Positions 26,387 to 35,947 are shown, counted from the stretch's first letter. The stretch is 64,000 nt of DNA from Candidatus Bathyarchaeia archaeon (GCA_037481775.1 JBBFKZ010000001.1:151150-215149), one strand, 5' to 3'. Notes: generated from the sequence alone by a model not told the origin. Translations and numbers: made by a program.

Positions 26387-29036
26387 ACTGTTTAAACATG
26401 GAAAACGCGGCATAAGCACCGTCATAGTCGTCATGCTAAGCCTAGTCCTCATAGTAGTCATAGTTGGCAACGTAGTTCTCTGGAGCTATCAGATGAACCA
26501 GTTAGACATGGAAAGAATGCAGGAAACTCTGAGCCTCATTAATGCAACGCGCATAACCCGTTCCTCATGGAGCATCGCCCAAAGAGAGTACATTACCAGC
26601 GCTGGTAGTAAGCTAAGCGGAACGTTCGTAGATACAACTGCTGCCGATAGTCTCGCTGAAACTTTTAGAGAAGAACTTGAAGGAATTTATAGTTATAATC
26701 CTTCGAGTTATACGCTTGGCGGTGCAACAAGCTATGTATTAGGCGATATTTCAGACCTTGCGTTATCAGATGGAGTATGCATGAATTTCAGAAGTTACAT
26801 GTCCAGTTCTCCCGCTAACGACAAGACTGACGCCTTCGTCGCTTACAGGGATTCTACAACATCACTCAATACACCTAAATGGCGGGTATGGGATGGCGAA
26901 AGCTTAACATGGAACTCGCAGAGCGAGTTGCCAACAGCTAACAGCTCTGTCAGGTGGGTTCGCGTCGCATATTCGCCGCTGGAATCCAGAAGCTATGAAA
27001 AAATTGTCGTCACGCTGTCGGATGACGGCTACTTAGATGCTTATGTATGGAATGGAGCAGCATGGAATGTTACAAGCAACATTGCCTTTCCCGGCACCTC
27101 CGCGAACGCGTATAGATGTTTTGATGTGGCTTACGAAAAAACAAGTGGCAGAGCACTACTGGTTTACTCAAGAGGCACGACAACAAACGAGATAGGCTAC
27201 AGAAGATGGACGCCGGAAACAGGCTGGGGCCCTGAGCAACTTCTGGATTTACCGTACACGTCAGGCATAGTGCGTTGGATCAGTCTAGCGAGTAGCCCTG
27301 GAGCACGTGCAGGAACAAGCGATGATAACGAGATAGCCATGATTTATCTAGACGCGAACAACGATGTTCACGGCTACGTCTGGACTGGTTCAGCATGGAG
27401 CCTTATGGGTGCAACAGCAATCTGGGATGCCACAGCAGCAACGTCAACACGCGAGTGCATAGCCGTTGCCTACGAGCAGACCACAGGCGAAGCCATGTTC
27501 ATCTGGGCGGATTCTGGAAGCAATCGTTTCTACTATAGAACATGGAATGGCGCAACCTTGAGCGCGGCAACTCTTCTAACTATAACAGCCACAGGAGGCG
27601 CTGGTTACTGGGTAACGCTGAAAGCTGATCCCGCATCCGATGACATGCTTTTCCTCGTAATTGATAGTGGAGCAGACCTCAACACGGCTTACTGGAACGG
27701 CAGTACATGGACAGTTCACACAGAACACGACGACACAGTCGACACAAATGCTAGGCGTTGCGCCGATTTCGCTTGGGAGCCCTCAGGCGGAAAAGGCTTA
27801 CTAGTATGGGGAACAACCACTGGACAAATAGCATATAAGACGTTCGTTGCGCCAAACGCATGGGGCACGCAGCAAAACATTGCAATGGGCGGGGCAAGTA
27901 ACATTCATCCTTGGGTGCAGTTGAGAACTAATCCTCGAAATGTCCCTGACGACGTATTGATATTAGGCTTGGTCCTTGAGGGAACCGCTTATGATTTGGG
28001 CGCTATAAGCTGGGACGGGGCAACCTTAACCGTTCTAGGCTCAAGCGTTATCTCAGCAAACACCACCGTAATTACATATGAGTGCTTCGAGTTGGAGTTC
28101 GCTAATTTTGGCGTGCCAACGTTTACGTGCGAAGTGGAGTTTTCAGGAAAATCGGATGTCAAAAACTGGACCCAACTTCTCTGGGCAGCAGCTTTATCCT
28201 TCACAGTACCAGATGTAACAACAACGTTTCAATTATATAATTATAATTTGGGTCAGTATCCAACAAGTGGAAGTGGATACATAACCGACACCATCGGGCA
28301 AACTACGGTTCCAAAAAACCAGACTATACCAGTTTCCTCAACGGATTTTCGAGATGCCAACGGGAACTGGAAAATGAAAATAACTGGAACCAAAATCACC
28401 TATACGCAGTTTGAAATGCACGTTGACTGGATAGAATTTAAACCGACACTGTTTGATGTTTACCGCCTTAATGTCGTCAATAATTTTGCAGTGGATTTAT
28501 CAACTTATCCGCGGGAACACATTCAGGGTTTAGAGTTGCTAATTAAGTATAAAGTCTCCGAAAGCTCGGAAAGATGGTTCTTAAAAGCGTATAACTGGCG
28601 CGCCGCTGCTTTCAGTGATGTAGGCTTCAACGTTACAGCTGGAAGCCAGCCGATACTTGGTGAATGGACTGAGTACGCTATAGCTGTTACAGACGATTGG
28701 GCTGATTACGTAAACGAAGAGGGCCTGGTTCGTGTAGAGCTTTTTGATGAAGGCACAGGTGCAAATCAGACTGTGTTGGAAATCGACTTCTTTGCAGTAA
28801 GAGTCATAATTGATGCCACACGCATAGACGTGAAAAACTCGAGTCCAATAAGCGTTCGCATCGTAGCAGTTTGGGTCATAAACTCTACAATGCATCAGCG
28901 CTACGATGTAGACATGTTGCTTAACGCTGGAGAAGCGGCAACGTATATCCGCGCGGACATAAAAATGCCGCAAGATACTTTTTTGGCAAAGGTTGTTACA
29001 GAAAGGGGCAATGTAGCCGTTTTCTCAAAAGACTAA
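26358..29036 (+). CDS. Giant pilin-headed surface protein: class III signal peptide, 8-repeat beta-propeller-like module, two beta-sandwich-like modules, pilin-like C-terminal domain
   Basis: 892 aa. N-terminus 'KHGKRGISTVIVVMLSLVLIVVIVGNVVLW'. Eight 'Y..W.G..W'-type repeats spaced about 52-56 aa apart (residues about 158-581). The C-terminal 74 aa are paralogous to the small pilin's globular domain. Confidence 0.7.
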   Translation: MLQVITRRLKLFKHGKRGISTVIVVMLSLVLIVVIVGNVVLWSYQMNQLDMERMQETLSLINATRITRSSWSIAQREYITSAGSKLSGTFVDTTAADSLAETFREELEGIYSYNPSSYTLGGATSYVLGDISDLALSDGVCMNFRSYMSSSPANDKTDAFVAYRDSTTSLNTPKWRVWDGESLTWNSQSELPTANSSVRWVRVAYSPLESRSYEKIVVTLSDDGYLDAYVWNGAAWNVTSNIAFPGTSANAYRCFDVAYEKTSGRALLVYSRGTTTNEIGYRRWTPETGWGPEQLLDLPYTSGIVRWISLASSPGARAGTSDDNEIAMIYLDANNDVHGYVWTGSAWSLMGATAIWDATAATSTRECIAVAYEQTTGEAMFIWADSGSNRFYYRTWNGATLSAATLLTITATGGAGYWVTLKADPASDDMLFLVIDSGADLNTAYWNGSTWTVHTEHDDTVDTNARRCADFAWEPSGGKGLLVWGTTTGQIAYKTFVAPNAWGTQQNIAMGGASNIHPWVQLRTNPRNVPDDVLILGLVLEGTAYDLGAISWDGATLTVLGSSVISANTTVITYECFELEFANFGVPTFTCEVEFSGKSDVKNWTQLLWAAALSFTVPDVTTTFQLYNYNLGQYPTSGSGYITDTIGQTTVPKNQTIPVSSTDFRDANGNWKMKITGTKITYTQFEMHVDWIEFKPTLFDVYRLNVVNNFAVDLSTYPREHIQGLELLIKYKVSESSERWFLKAYNWRAAAFSDVGFNVTAGSQPILGEWTEYAIAVTDDWADYVNEEGLVRVELFDEGTGANQTVLEIDFFAVRVIIDATRIDVKNSSPISVRIVAVWVINSTMHQRYDVDMLLNAGEAATYIRADIKMPQDTFLAKVVTERGNVAVFSKD

Positions 29037-30016
29037 TCAGCGCCTAGTTTCTTTTTTAACGAAACTATAGCTTCTTCTTGGTTTTCAGCCTCTATTGAAT
29101 CGATGTTATACAATTCTGCCATTTTCTTCCCGTTTTCGCTGAGTTTTGGAATTGCAATTAAGTAGGCTTTTTCAGGTGAAACATCGAATATCTTGGCAAA
29201 TAATGCGATAACTGGCTGTTCTGACACAACTTTTTCAGTCGTAGTTGCCAAATCAAGCACGATCATTTTCTTTGGCTCGTCGCCTTTGTAGGCAGCTATG
29301 TCGAAGGAATGGTTTGCGCCCGATTTGCCTTTGAGAATCGCGGGGCTTTCAACCGTTAATCCTTTTTCTACGAGAGTTTCTCGTATTGTAGCAATCGCAA
29401 ACCAGTTCAAGAAGGATTCTGCTTTGATATTCTCTGTTATTTTGTACGCGTACACGTCTCTGATGACACATTCTTCAAATGTGGAATTTGTATGGCAGTT
29501 CCTGCAGAAATTGATGGTTACGGGAATGTCAAAGCTTTTACCGCACTCGTTGCACGTGCACCAGATTCCTGCTTTTCTATAATCAACATCAATTTTTCTC
29601 AGCGGTTCACGACATTTCGGGCAGACATATTTGTCTCCTTCAAGAAAGTTCTCCTCTACGTCCATGTAGCCGCATTTTATGTGCTCTATCAACGCGCTTT
29701 TTTGAATATTAATTGATTTACAGAAGGGGCAACAGTAACGAACAGAAATGTTTGCGGAATCACATTTTGGGCAAAAAATGACTTTGTCATAAAGCTTCCT
29801 TTCCAAGATACCTGTAGCGTAAAGCTTGTTTAAGAAAGGCAAGACCTGCGCCTGGTCACCTACAATGTCCTCCACTACTGGGTATTTATAACCGGCTTTT
29901 GGATCGTAAACAGGTTCAAGGCTTTCAAATTTTCCGCTCAGAAATTTGCTTAACAAAACTTGTACATTCCGATCCTTATAGAGTGTAGGCGTCTCTTTTT
30001 TTTCAGTATTTTGCAT
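29033..30016 (-). CDS. Multi-zinc-ribbon protein with C-terminal alpha/beta domain (hypothetical; possible regulator)
   Basis: 327 aa. CxxC pairs at C82/C85, C96/C99, C132/C135, C155/C158 and C171/C174. C-terminal 'GKSGANHSFDIAAY...MIVLDLATT'. Convergent with the giant pilin gene, with a 4-nt overlap. Confidence 0.45.
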   Translation of the reverse strand: MQNTEKKETPTLYKDRNVQVLLSKFLSGKFESLEPVYDPKAGYKYPVVEDIVGDQAQVLPFLNKLYATGILERKLYDKVIFCPKCDSANISVRYCCPFCKSINIQKSALIEHIKCGYMDVEENFLEGDKYVCPKCREPLRKIDVDYRKAGIWCTCNECGKSFDIPVTINFCRNCHTNSTFEECVIRDVYAYKITENIKAESFLNWFAIATIRETLVEKGLTVESPAILKGKSGANHSFDIAAYKGDEPKKMIVLDLATTTEKVVSEQPVIALFAKIFDVSPEKAYLIAIPKLSENGKKMAELYNIDSIEAENQEEAIVSLKKKLGAD

Positions 30017-30294
30017 TTTATTCGATCTCTTCTGATGAACCCTTTGTTTAGCCTAAATTAATTACTCAGTGTTTTATATTTTGTTGAATTTGCAAATATT
30101 ACTTTTACGCATGCCGTCCTTCTTAGTTTTGAGTTAAACGTTTCAGCTCATTTTGAAGTATGAACGATTTTTTGGAGAAAACGGTTTGTATCTTCAACCT
30201 GCAGCTTATCAGAAGCGCTATTGCGCTTATGAGTCAGCTTTTTTAACGCGAAACCCGTATTCACACTGTGCACGTACATGGAGAAGGTAGCTGA

Positions 30295-31176
30295 ATGACA
30301 GATTACCCTCGTTTTGGCCCAGCGGGAATTCCGCCTCTCTTCAAAATTCTAGGTGCAGAATTGGCTGATGTTCCAAGACTTTTACGGGAAGAAGGGCTAG
30401 ACGCTTTTGAGTATCAGGCAGTCCGCTGGGGGCAAACTCCTCAACTTAGGCGGGAGGATGCTGAGGCGCTCGGTGCTGAGGCAAGAAAGAATAATGTTTT
30501 GCTTAGTGTTCACGGTTCCTATTATGTTAATCTCTGTGGTAAAAAAGAGGTTGTGGAAGCAAGCAAAAGGCGCTTAATCGCCTGCGCAACTGCGGCGCAG
30601 TGGATGGGCGCTTACATTTTGGTTTTTCACCCCGGGTTTTATGGGCGCATGGAAAAAAGCTACGCTTTTAAAACCTGCGTCGAGGCATTGAAGGATACTG
30701 TTTCAGCTCTGAATGGTATGGGGGTTACCGTGAAGTTAGGTCCTGAAACCATGGGGCGAGTTTTCCAAGTAGGCACATTGGAAGAAATCTTGGCTATTTG
30801 CGAAGAAGTTGAACAGACCCTGCCTGTTATTGACTGGTCGCATCTATACGCTCGACATCAAGGGGGCTTCCGAAAAACAGATGATTTCCGCGCTATAGTT
30901 GAAGAAGTTGAAAAAAGATTAGGGCCTGAGGCGGCGAGAAGCATGCACTGTCACTTCAGCAGAATTGAGTACACGGCCAAGGGTGAAAGGCGCCACCATG
31001 TACTAGACGAGAAAAGGTATGGCCCAGACTTCGAGATGCTGGCAGAGGTTATAGCTGAATTTAAAATGCGCCCTGTCGTCATATGCGAAACGCCGCTTTT
31101 AGATGTAGACGCAATGAAAATGCGCGCAATCTTTAGAAGCATTGTGGAAAATAGTGAAGGCGCTGGCAAGTCATGA
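30295..31176 (+). CDS. Endonuclease IV-like / xylose-isomerase-like TIM-barrel protein
   Basis: 293 aa. His/Glu/Asp-containing strands 'LLSVHGSYYVNL', 'LVFHPG', 'LGPETMG', 'IDWSHLYAR', 'MHCHFS' and 'VICETP' resemble the AP endonuclease family 2 metal ligands. Confidence 0.55.
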   Translation: MTDYPRFGPAGIPPLFKILGAELADVPRLLREEGLDAFEYQAVRWGQTPQLRREDAEALGAEARKNNVLLSVHGSYYVNLCGKKEVVEASKRRLIACATAAQWMGAYILVFHPGFYGRMEKSYAFKTCVEALKDTVSALNGMGVTVKLGPETMGRVFQVGTLEEILAICEEVEQTLPVIDWSHLYARHQGGFRKTDDFRAIVEEVEKRLGPEAARSMHCHFSRIEYTAKGERRHHVLDEKRYGPDFEMLAEVIAEFKMRPVVICETPLLDVDAMKMRAIFRSIVENSEGAGKS

Positions 31177-31292
31177 ATGAAATATGCAGCAAGAGGCTAC
31201 AGTTGGGATTCTTAGTTAGCGGGAAGTCAGCTACTTATGGGAGAAGCTTGAATCGCGCGGGGTATAAGCTTGTATGGGAAATAATTTTGTTG

Positions 31293-33989
31293 TTAACTTA
31301 GGAAACTTTCCAGTTTAGTTAGTCCGATGATTTCGTCGAAGCTTAAGCCCAGCGCATCCAGCACTTGCTCAAAAGTTGACTGTAAGTATGCAATATATTT
31401 GTCCACGTCAACTTCATTGTTTGTCGCAAGCTCTACTGGTTTTACATGAGGCTCCCTAACGGTTTTGACGAAACTAATCAAATCGCCTGCTCGGATTTCT
31501 ATACCGTTCTTTTCCAAAATCTTGGCAGCTTTAACGTGCTGTGGCGTGGTTTTCGTGTAGCGGTAAAGCTCTTCACCTAAAACAACATGAAAGGCAAGTT
31601 CGCTGAGGCTTTCCCATTCTCTTCGCTTCAGCCGCATGTAACGCTCACGTACAATGTTGGCTATGTCCTTCTTCGCCTTTTCGAAGTCCGCCGGCGTCTT
31701 AACCTGCGCAAGCCGCTCTTTCATCTGGTTAAACGCGTTTTTTATGTAGATGGGTATGTGCTTTTTCTTTCCTGTAAGCCCCTTAACGTCTACAGTGCCG
31801 TCTTCCAAAACACCCAGATAATTCTTTTTGCGGCTGCTGAAAACTGCGTATCTGTAAACTTTATCCACGTCTATATTCATTTTTAGCGCTTGCTCGGTCC
31901 AACGAGCTAGCTCGGCAATTTGCTCCTTAGTGGGGTTCTTAAGGAAAAGGCTATCCGTGTCCCCGTAAAGCACCTGTATACCTAACTCGCCGGCTTTGTT
32001 GAGTATTTGCGTTATAGCATGGCGGCCTATGGCTGCAGTGGCTTCCGCTACTGGCGGGCAATACAAATCGAAGCTGGCGGCTCCGAAAACTCCGTAGCTG
32101 GCGTTCAAGATAACTTTTAATGCGCCTTGGGTGATGCCATACCAGCTTCGCAGCTCAGCAGGCAAGCTTTTGTCTTTGGCTTTTAGTTTGTACCAGCGTA
32201 CACGTAAATCTCTCAATGAGCCAATAAGCAGGCTTTCTAAGGCTCGTTTTCTGGTGCAAACCCAATGCGGCGTGCCAGGTATCACATTTTGGCGGCATTC
32301 CGAATGTGGACAGAGGATTGACTGGTAGCCGAGGTTCCAAACCTTAATTATTGAAGGATATAGGCTTGGAAAGTCCATGACGGCGACGTTGAAGTGGACG
32401 CCGGGCACGGGTTCGACGACTATGGCGCCTTTGTATTTTTTGCCTTTGATGATGGCGGTGGTTGCGGTTTTGCCTTTCTTCGCAAGTATGTCTTCAGCGT
32501 TGGGAATCAGCATGTTGCGTCTGCGGTGCTCTCGGTGCATGAAGTTGCGTATCCAGCGGCTTACTCCCTGGCGGCTTACGTCTTCCATGGGCATGCTGCT
32601 TATTCGCGCGAGAACGAGGATTAGCTTCATGGCTAGCTCGTCTTCGACGCTGGTCAGTTTGAAAGTGATTTCTGAGTCTCTGAGGCAGTATTGCGCCAGT
32701 TCGGAGTAAGTTAGTTCTCCGAAGCTTTTTTCCAGCCGAATTTTTTCCACGCCTATTATGGCTTTGCCCACGTCATCAAGTGTCACGTCTCGATAACGAT
32801 TGTTGTAGGCGTAGATTTGAATTGACCTGTTGAAGAAGAACTTGTATAAATCAATGTGCACGCCATATTTCAGTAAACAGACGCGCTTACCAACCTCTAT
32901 GGGAATCTCGCTCTTTTTAATACCTAGATTCAGCGCGCGGTGAGCAAGATAGCGTAGGTCAAAATCGTCGCCATTGAAAGTTAAAATGAACGGGTATTCC
33001 CATAGCACTTCAAAGACCGCTCTGAGCAGTTCTTCTTCCTTATCAAAATATTCCAGAGAAACGTCCGCAGGCAAGTGTTCTTTTCCCTCACGGACACCTT
33101 CGCGTCTTAGAAGAAGCACTCTTTTTTTATTGTCTGAGCTGTATACGGAAACACAGATGATTTTATATTCAGCCTTGCGCGGGTCTGGCACTCTCGTGGA
33201 GACAGGCGCGTAAACCTCTATGTCAATGGCTGCTCTGCGAAATTTAGGCGCAGGATACTCCAGCAGCCTCGCCCAACTTTCAACGTATTCAAGTTCTTCA
33301 GCTGACTCCTCTTTGAAAATGGCCTTTATCTGCTCAAGAGTTTCTTCAGTCTTCTCCAAGGTTACAGGAACAAGGTTGCCGTTTTTGACTTCATAGATCA
33401 TTCCTGGAAAAAGCTGTCTATCATAAATGTAGCATTGGTAGTACTTTATTCGTGCCTCCCAAACCTTTGCTTCTTCATTATTCACCATTCCTTCAGATAT
33501 TTTCGGGAAATCCTCCGGTATTATGTCTCTTATAGTGCCTTGTGGGCGGCCACCTATAGCTAAAGGATCATTTGCAACAATTTTTGTTACCTGCACTTTC
33601 CTATCGAGAAGGGGATCGAACTTTTCTTCAAGAACAAAACGGTCAAAACCCTCATGCTTCACTAGTCGATCAATCTTCTCCAGCTCGTATTGTGAAAGGT
33701 TGGTGAAACAATAAGGCTTATGCCCAGTGTTATCATACCAGAAATAAATTTTTTCCGAGATAGGCTCATAGAGTTTAATCACCGCTTTCCTTGACTGCCC
33801 ATCGTAGGCTGCTGAAACAAAATATGACGGCGGCAGGTTCTCTGGTGCTACAGGAGGAAAAGCAAGTTTTGCTGCCTTTTTCGCGTCAGCAGGCGTCGCT
33901 TCAGTGCTGAACGCAACAGCTTTTGGCGCAGCTTCGTTGGGAGATTTCTTCTCCACCTGTGAATAGTCCAGTAAACTTCTCTGTGCCAT
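31293..33989 (-). CDS. polB: Family B DNA polymerase
   Basis: 898 aa. Exo I 'AIDIEV'. Motif A 'DFPSLYPSII', motif B 'KVILNASYGVFG', motif C 'LYGDTDSLF'. Confidence 0.9.
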   Translation of the reverse strand: MAQRSLLDYSQVEKKSPNEAAPKAVAFSTEATPADAKKAAKLAFPPVAPENLPPSYFVSAAYDGQSRKAVIKLYEPISEKIYFWYDNTGHKPYCFTNLSQYELEKIDRLVKHEGFDRFVLEEKFDPLLDRKVQVTKIVANDPLAIGGRPQGTIRDIIPEDFPKISEGMVNNEEAKVWEARIKYYQCYIYDRQLFPGMIYEVKNGNLVPVTLEKTEETLEQIKAIFKEESAEELEYVESWARLLEYPAPKFRRAAIDIEVYAPVSTRVPDPRKAEYKIICVSVYSSDNKKRVLLLRREGVREGKEHLPADVSLEYFDKEEELLRAVFEVLWEYPFILTFNGDDFDLRYLAHRALNLGIKKSEIPIEVGKRVCLLKYGVHIDLYKFFFNRSIQIYAYNNRYRDVTLDDVGKAIIGVEKIRLEKSFGELTYSELAQYCLRDSEITFKLTSVEDELAMKLILVLARISSMPMEDVSRQGVSRWIRNFMHREHRRRNMLIPNAEDILAKKGKTATTAIIKGKKYKGAIVVEPVPGVHFNVAVMDFPSLYPSIIKVWNLGYQSILCPHSECRQNVIPGTPHWVCTRKRALESLLIGSLRDLRVRWYKLKAKDKSLPAELRSWYGITQGALKVILNASYGVFGAASFDLYCPPVAEATAAIGRHAITQILNKAGELGIQVLYGDTDSLFLKNPTKEQIAELARWTEQALKMNIDVDKVYRYAVFSSRKKNYLGVLEDGTVDVKGLTGKKKHIPIYIKNAFNQMKERLAQVKTPADFEKAKKDIANIVRERYMRLKRREWESLSELAFHVVLGEELYRYTKTTPQHVKAAKILEKNGIEIRAGDLISFVKTVREPHVKPVELATNNEVDVDKYIAYLQSTFEQVLDALGLSFDEIIGLTKLESFLS

Positions 33990-34111
33990 CCCGATTCTCG
34001 TCCCTAGCCTACACTTATAGGCTAGCGCAGACTAAAATCTTTACCGACCACGCGCAGCGGAGTTACGCTACTTCAGAATGCAACTATTTGCTTGAAATAG
34101 ATAATAAGACG

Positions 34112-34163
34112 ATAGCCCCTCTATAGGTTTCTGCATTGAATTGCTAATATGCGCCAAATATGA
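34112..34163 (+). repeat. Copy 2 of the 52/53-nt intergenic element (first copy at 18058..18110)
   Basis: atagcccctctataggtttctgcattgaattgctaatatgcgccaaatatga. Lies between the rps6e stop (34213) and the polB start (33989). Confidence 0.9.
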
Positions 34164-34212
34164 CGGGTGCTGCCGAGAAGCGCATGTGCAAAAACATATC
34201 TTACGTATTTCA

Positions 34213-34611
34213 CTATGCTGTTTGAGCCATTTGTTGCTCTTTTTTACTTTCTGCGGGTTTTTGTGGTTTTTCAATGATTTTCGCGTTTATCTGCACGATT
34301 TCGTCGGTTATTATGTTTCCTCGTACGGTTTTTCGTTTTCGTTCTCCTTCTTTTTTAGGGTTAAAGCCTGTTCCGCCGCTCAGTATGACTTTTCGGCGGC
34401 CGCCGCCGTGCACGTTTGCCCTCATGGGTATTCCGTCTTTGTCTGAGCCGCCTGTGATCTGTAGCTTGTGCGCTGGTAAATCCACTATGGAGCCGTCTAC
34501 TACCTCGCCGATTTTTCTTCCAATGAGTGGTGCTGCACGTGTTTCTTCAAGCTCAACTACCTTTGAAGTTCCCGTCTCCGGGTCAGATACTATTACCTTG
34601 AATTTAGCCAT
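34213..34611 (-). CDS. rps6e: 30S ribosomal protein S6e (eS6)
   Basis: 132 aa. 'MAKFKVIVSDPETGTSKVVELEE...LQITGGSDKDGIPMRANVHGGGRRKVILS'. Confidence 0.9.
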   Translation of the reverse strand: MAKFKVIVSDPETGTSKVVELEETRAAPLIGRKIGEVVDGSIVDLPAHKLQITGGSDKDGIPMRANVHGGGRRKVILSGGTGFNPKKEGERKRKTVRGNIITDEIVQINAKIIEKPQKPAESKKEQQMAQTA

Positions 34612-34753
34612 GTGTCACTTTACTCTCCAGCGAAGTATGAAGTTAAGTATCTCTCTATTAAGGATTTATGGCGAATATGCCGCTGTTCAAGCCGTAAAAG
34701 TGCTTTTCTCTGGCATAAACATTTTAATCCAACCCTAGAGAAGTCTTGCTGTT

Positions 34754-35947
34754 ATGTGGCGGTTGGGCTTCTTCTTCCACGAAATTGCGTTCGGCTTGCT
34801 TTCGATATTTATCCCTCTGTATGTAGTAACACCAGCTGTTGGTGGTTCACTAGTTGACCTAGGCATAATGACTTCCTTAGCACTGCTTTCGGCTATACCT
34901 GCCTCCTTCTTCTGGGGTTACATCTGCGACAGAACCAGACATTATAAGCTCTACATTCTTCTGTCGTTTATTTCACTGGCTGTTATACTTTACCTTCTGA
35001 CCTTCGCCACAGACGTTCGCACGTTCACTTTTCTTTACGTAGTAATGGCTGTCCTTCACGTCGCCCATGAAGCACCAAAAAACGTTCTGATAGCCGAGCA
35101 CTACCCAAGGGAAGATTGGGGGAAATCCTATGCCCTTTATGAGGGCTTTACGGAGATCGGTTCACTAATTGGCTTGCTAATAGGCTTGTTTACGTTCACA
35201 GCTGCTTTAACCCCCCCTCTCATCTTGTTTCTGTGCAGCGGCTTAAACTTGGCAGCTTTTATTTTATCCATCTTCTTAGTGGCGGATCCGCTTATAATCT
35301 TCGAAAGAAGACTGGTCAGCATAGAAAAAAAGATTGACTACACCTACAACGGCTCGCGGATCTTTGCTAAGCTTTCGGATGGATTATCTCTTCGTGAAAA
35401 GTTCAAAAGCGAAAACTTCAAGGTATTTAGCGCTGGCTTGGTTCTTTTTTCTCTGGCTTCCAGCTTATTCTTCACGCCGCTGCCAATATTCTTCTCCAAA
35501 GCGCTTGACTTACCCGAGAACATGGTATTCCTGATTTACGTGCTAAATTCCAGCGGCGTCATGTTCGGTTACTTTTTGGCAGGAAAAAAAGCGGCTTCTC
35601 CAAATGCAAAATTGCATGTTCAGCGGCTTGCGCTTCTTCGAGGCACATTAGTTCTCGCATTGGTCTTCATAGTCAATTTGGCTTTCTCGCCGACGCCTTT
35701 GGCCTCCGTAATCTTGATTTTCATGGGTTTCGCATACGCTTTTTATCATATTCTAACGCTTTCGCTGTCTATGGAGTTGATTCCCGCTGGAAAAGCAGGT
35801 TTGTTTGATGTGCTTGTGGGCTTAGGCTCCTCTTTAGGCTCTTTTCTAGGTCCTTTCTTGGCTGAAACCTTTGGTTTTCTGCTTCAGTTCATGATTGCAA
35901 GCGCCATATTCTTTATGGCTTATGTGTTTTTCAAACTTTTTTACTGA
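34754..35947 (+). CDS. MFS-type transporter
   Basis: 397 aa with about 12 hydrophobic helices arranged 6+6 around a central loop ('FERRLVSIEKKIDY'). Confidence 0.6.
   Translation: MWRLGFFFHEIAFGLLSIFIPLYVVTPAVGGSLVDLGIMTSLALLSAIPASFFWGYICDRTRHYKLYILLSFISLAVILYLLTFATDVRTFTFLYVVMAVLHVAHEAPKNVLIAEHYPREDWGKSYALYEGFTEIGSLIGLLIGLFTFTAALTPPLILFLCSGLNLAAFILSIFLVADPLIIFERRLVSIEKKIDYTYNGSRIFAKLSDGLSLREKFKSENFKVFSAGLVLFSLASSLFFTPLPIFFSKALDLPENMVFLIYVLNSSGVMFGYFLAGKKAASPNAKLHVQRLALLRGTLVLALVFIVNLAFSPTPLASVILIFMGFAYAFYHILTLSLSMELIPAGKAGLFDVLVGLGSSLGSFLGPFLAETFGFLLQFMIASAIFFMAYVFFKLFY

Noticed and set aside
34141-34738. Plus-strand ORFs 34141..34446 and 34274..34738 overlapping rps6e.
   Set aside because: They are shadow ORFs opposite a clearly recognisable eS6 gene. 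ORF 34141 also begins inside the 52-nt repeat purely by chance, at a TTG.
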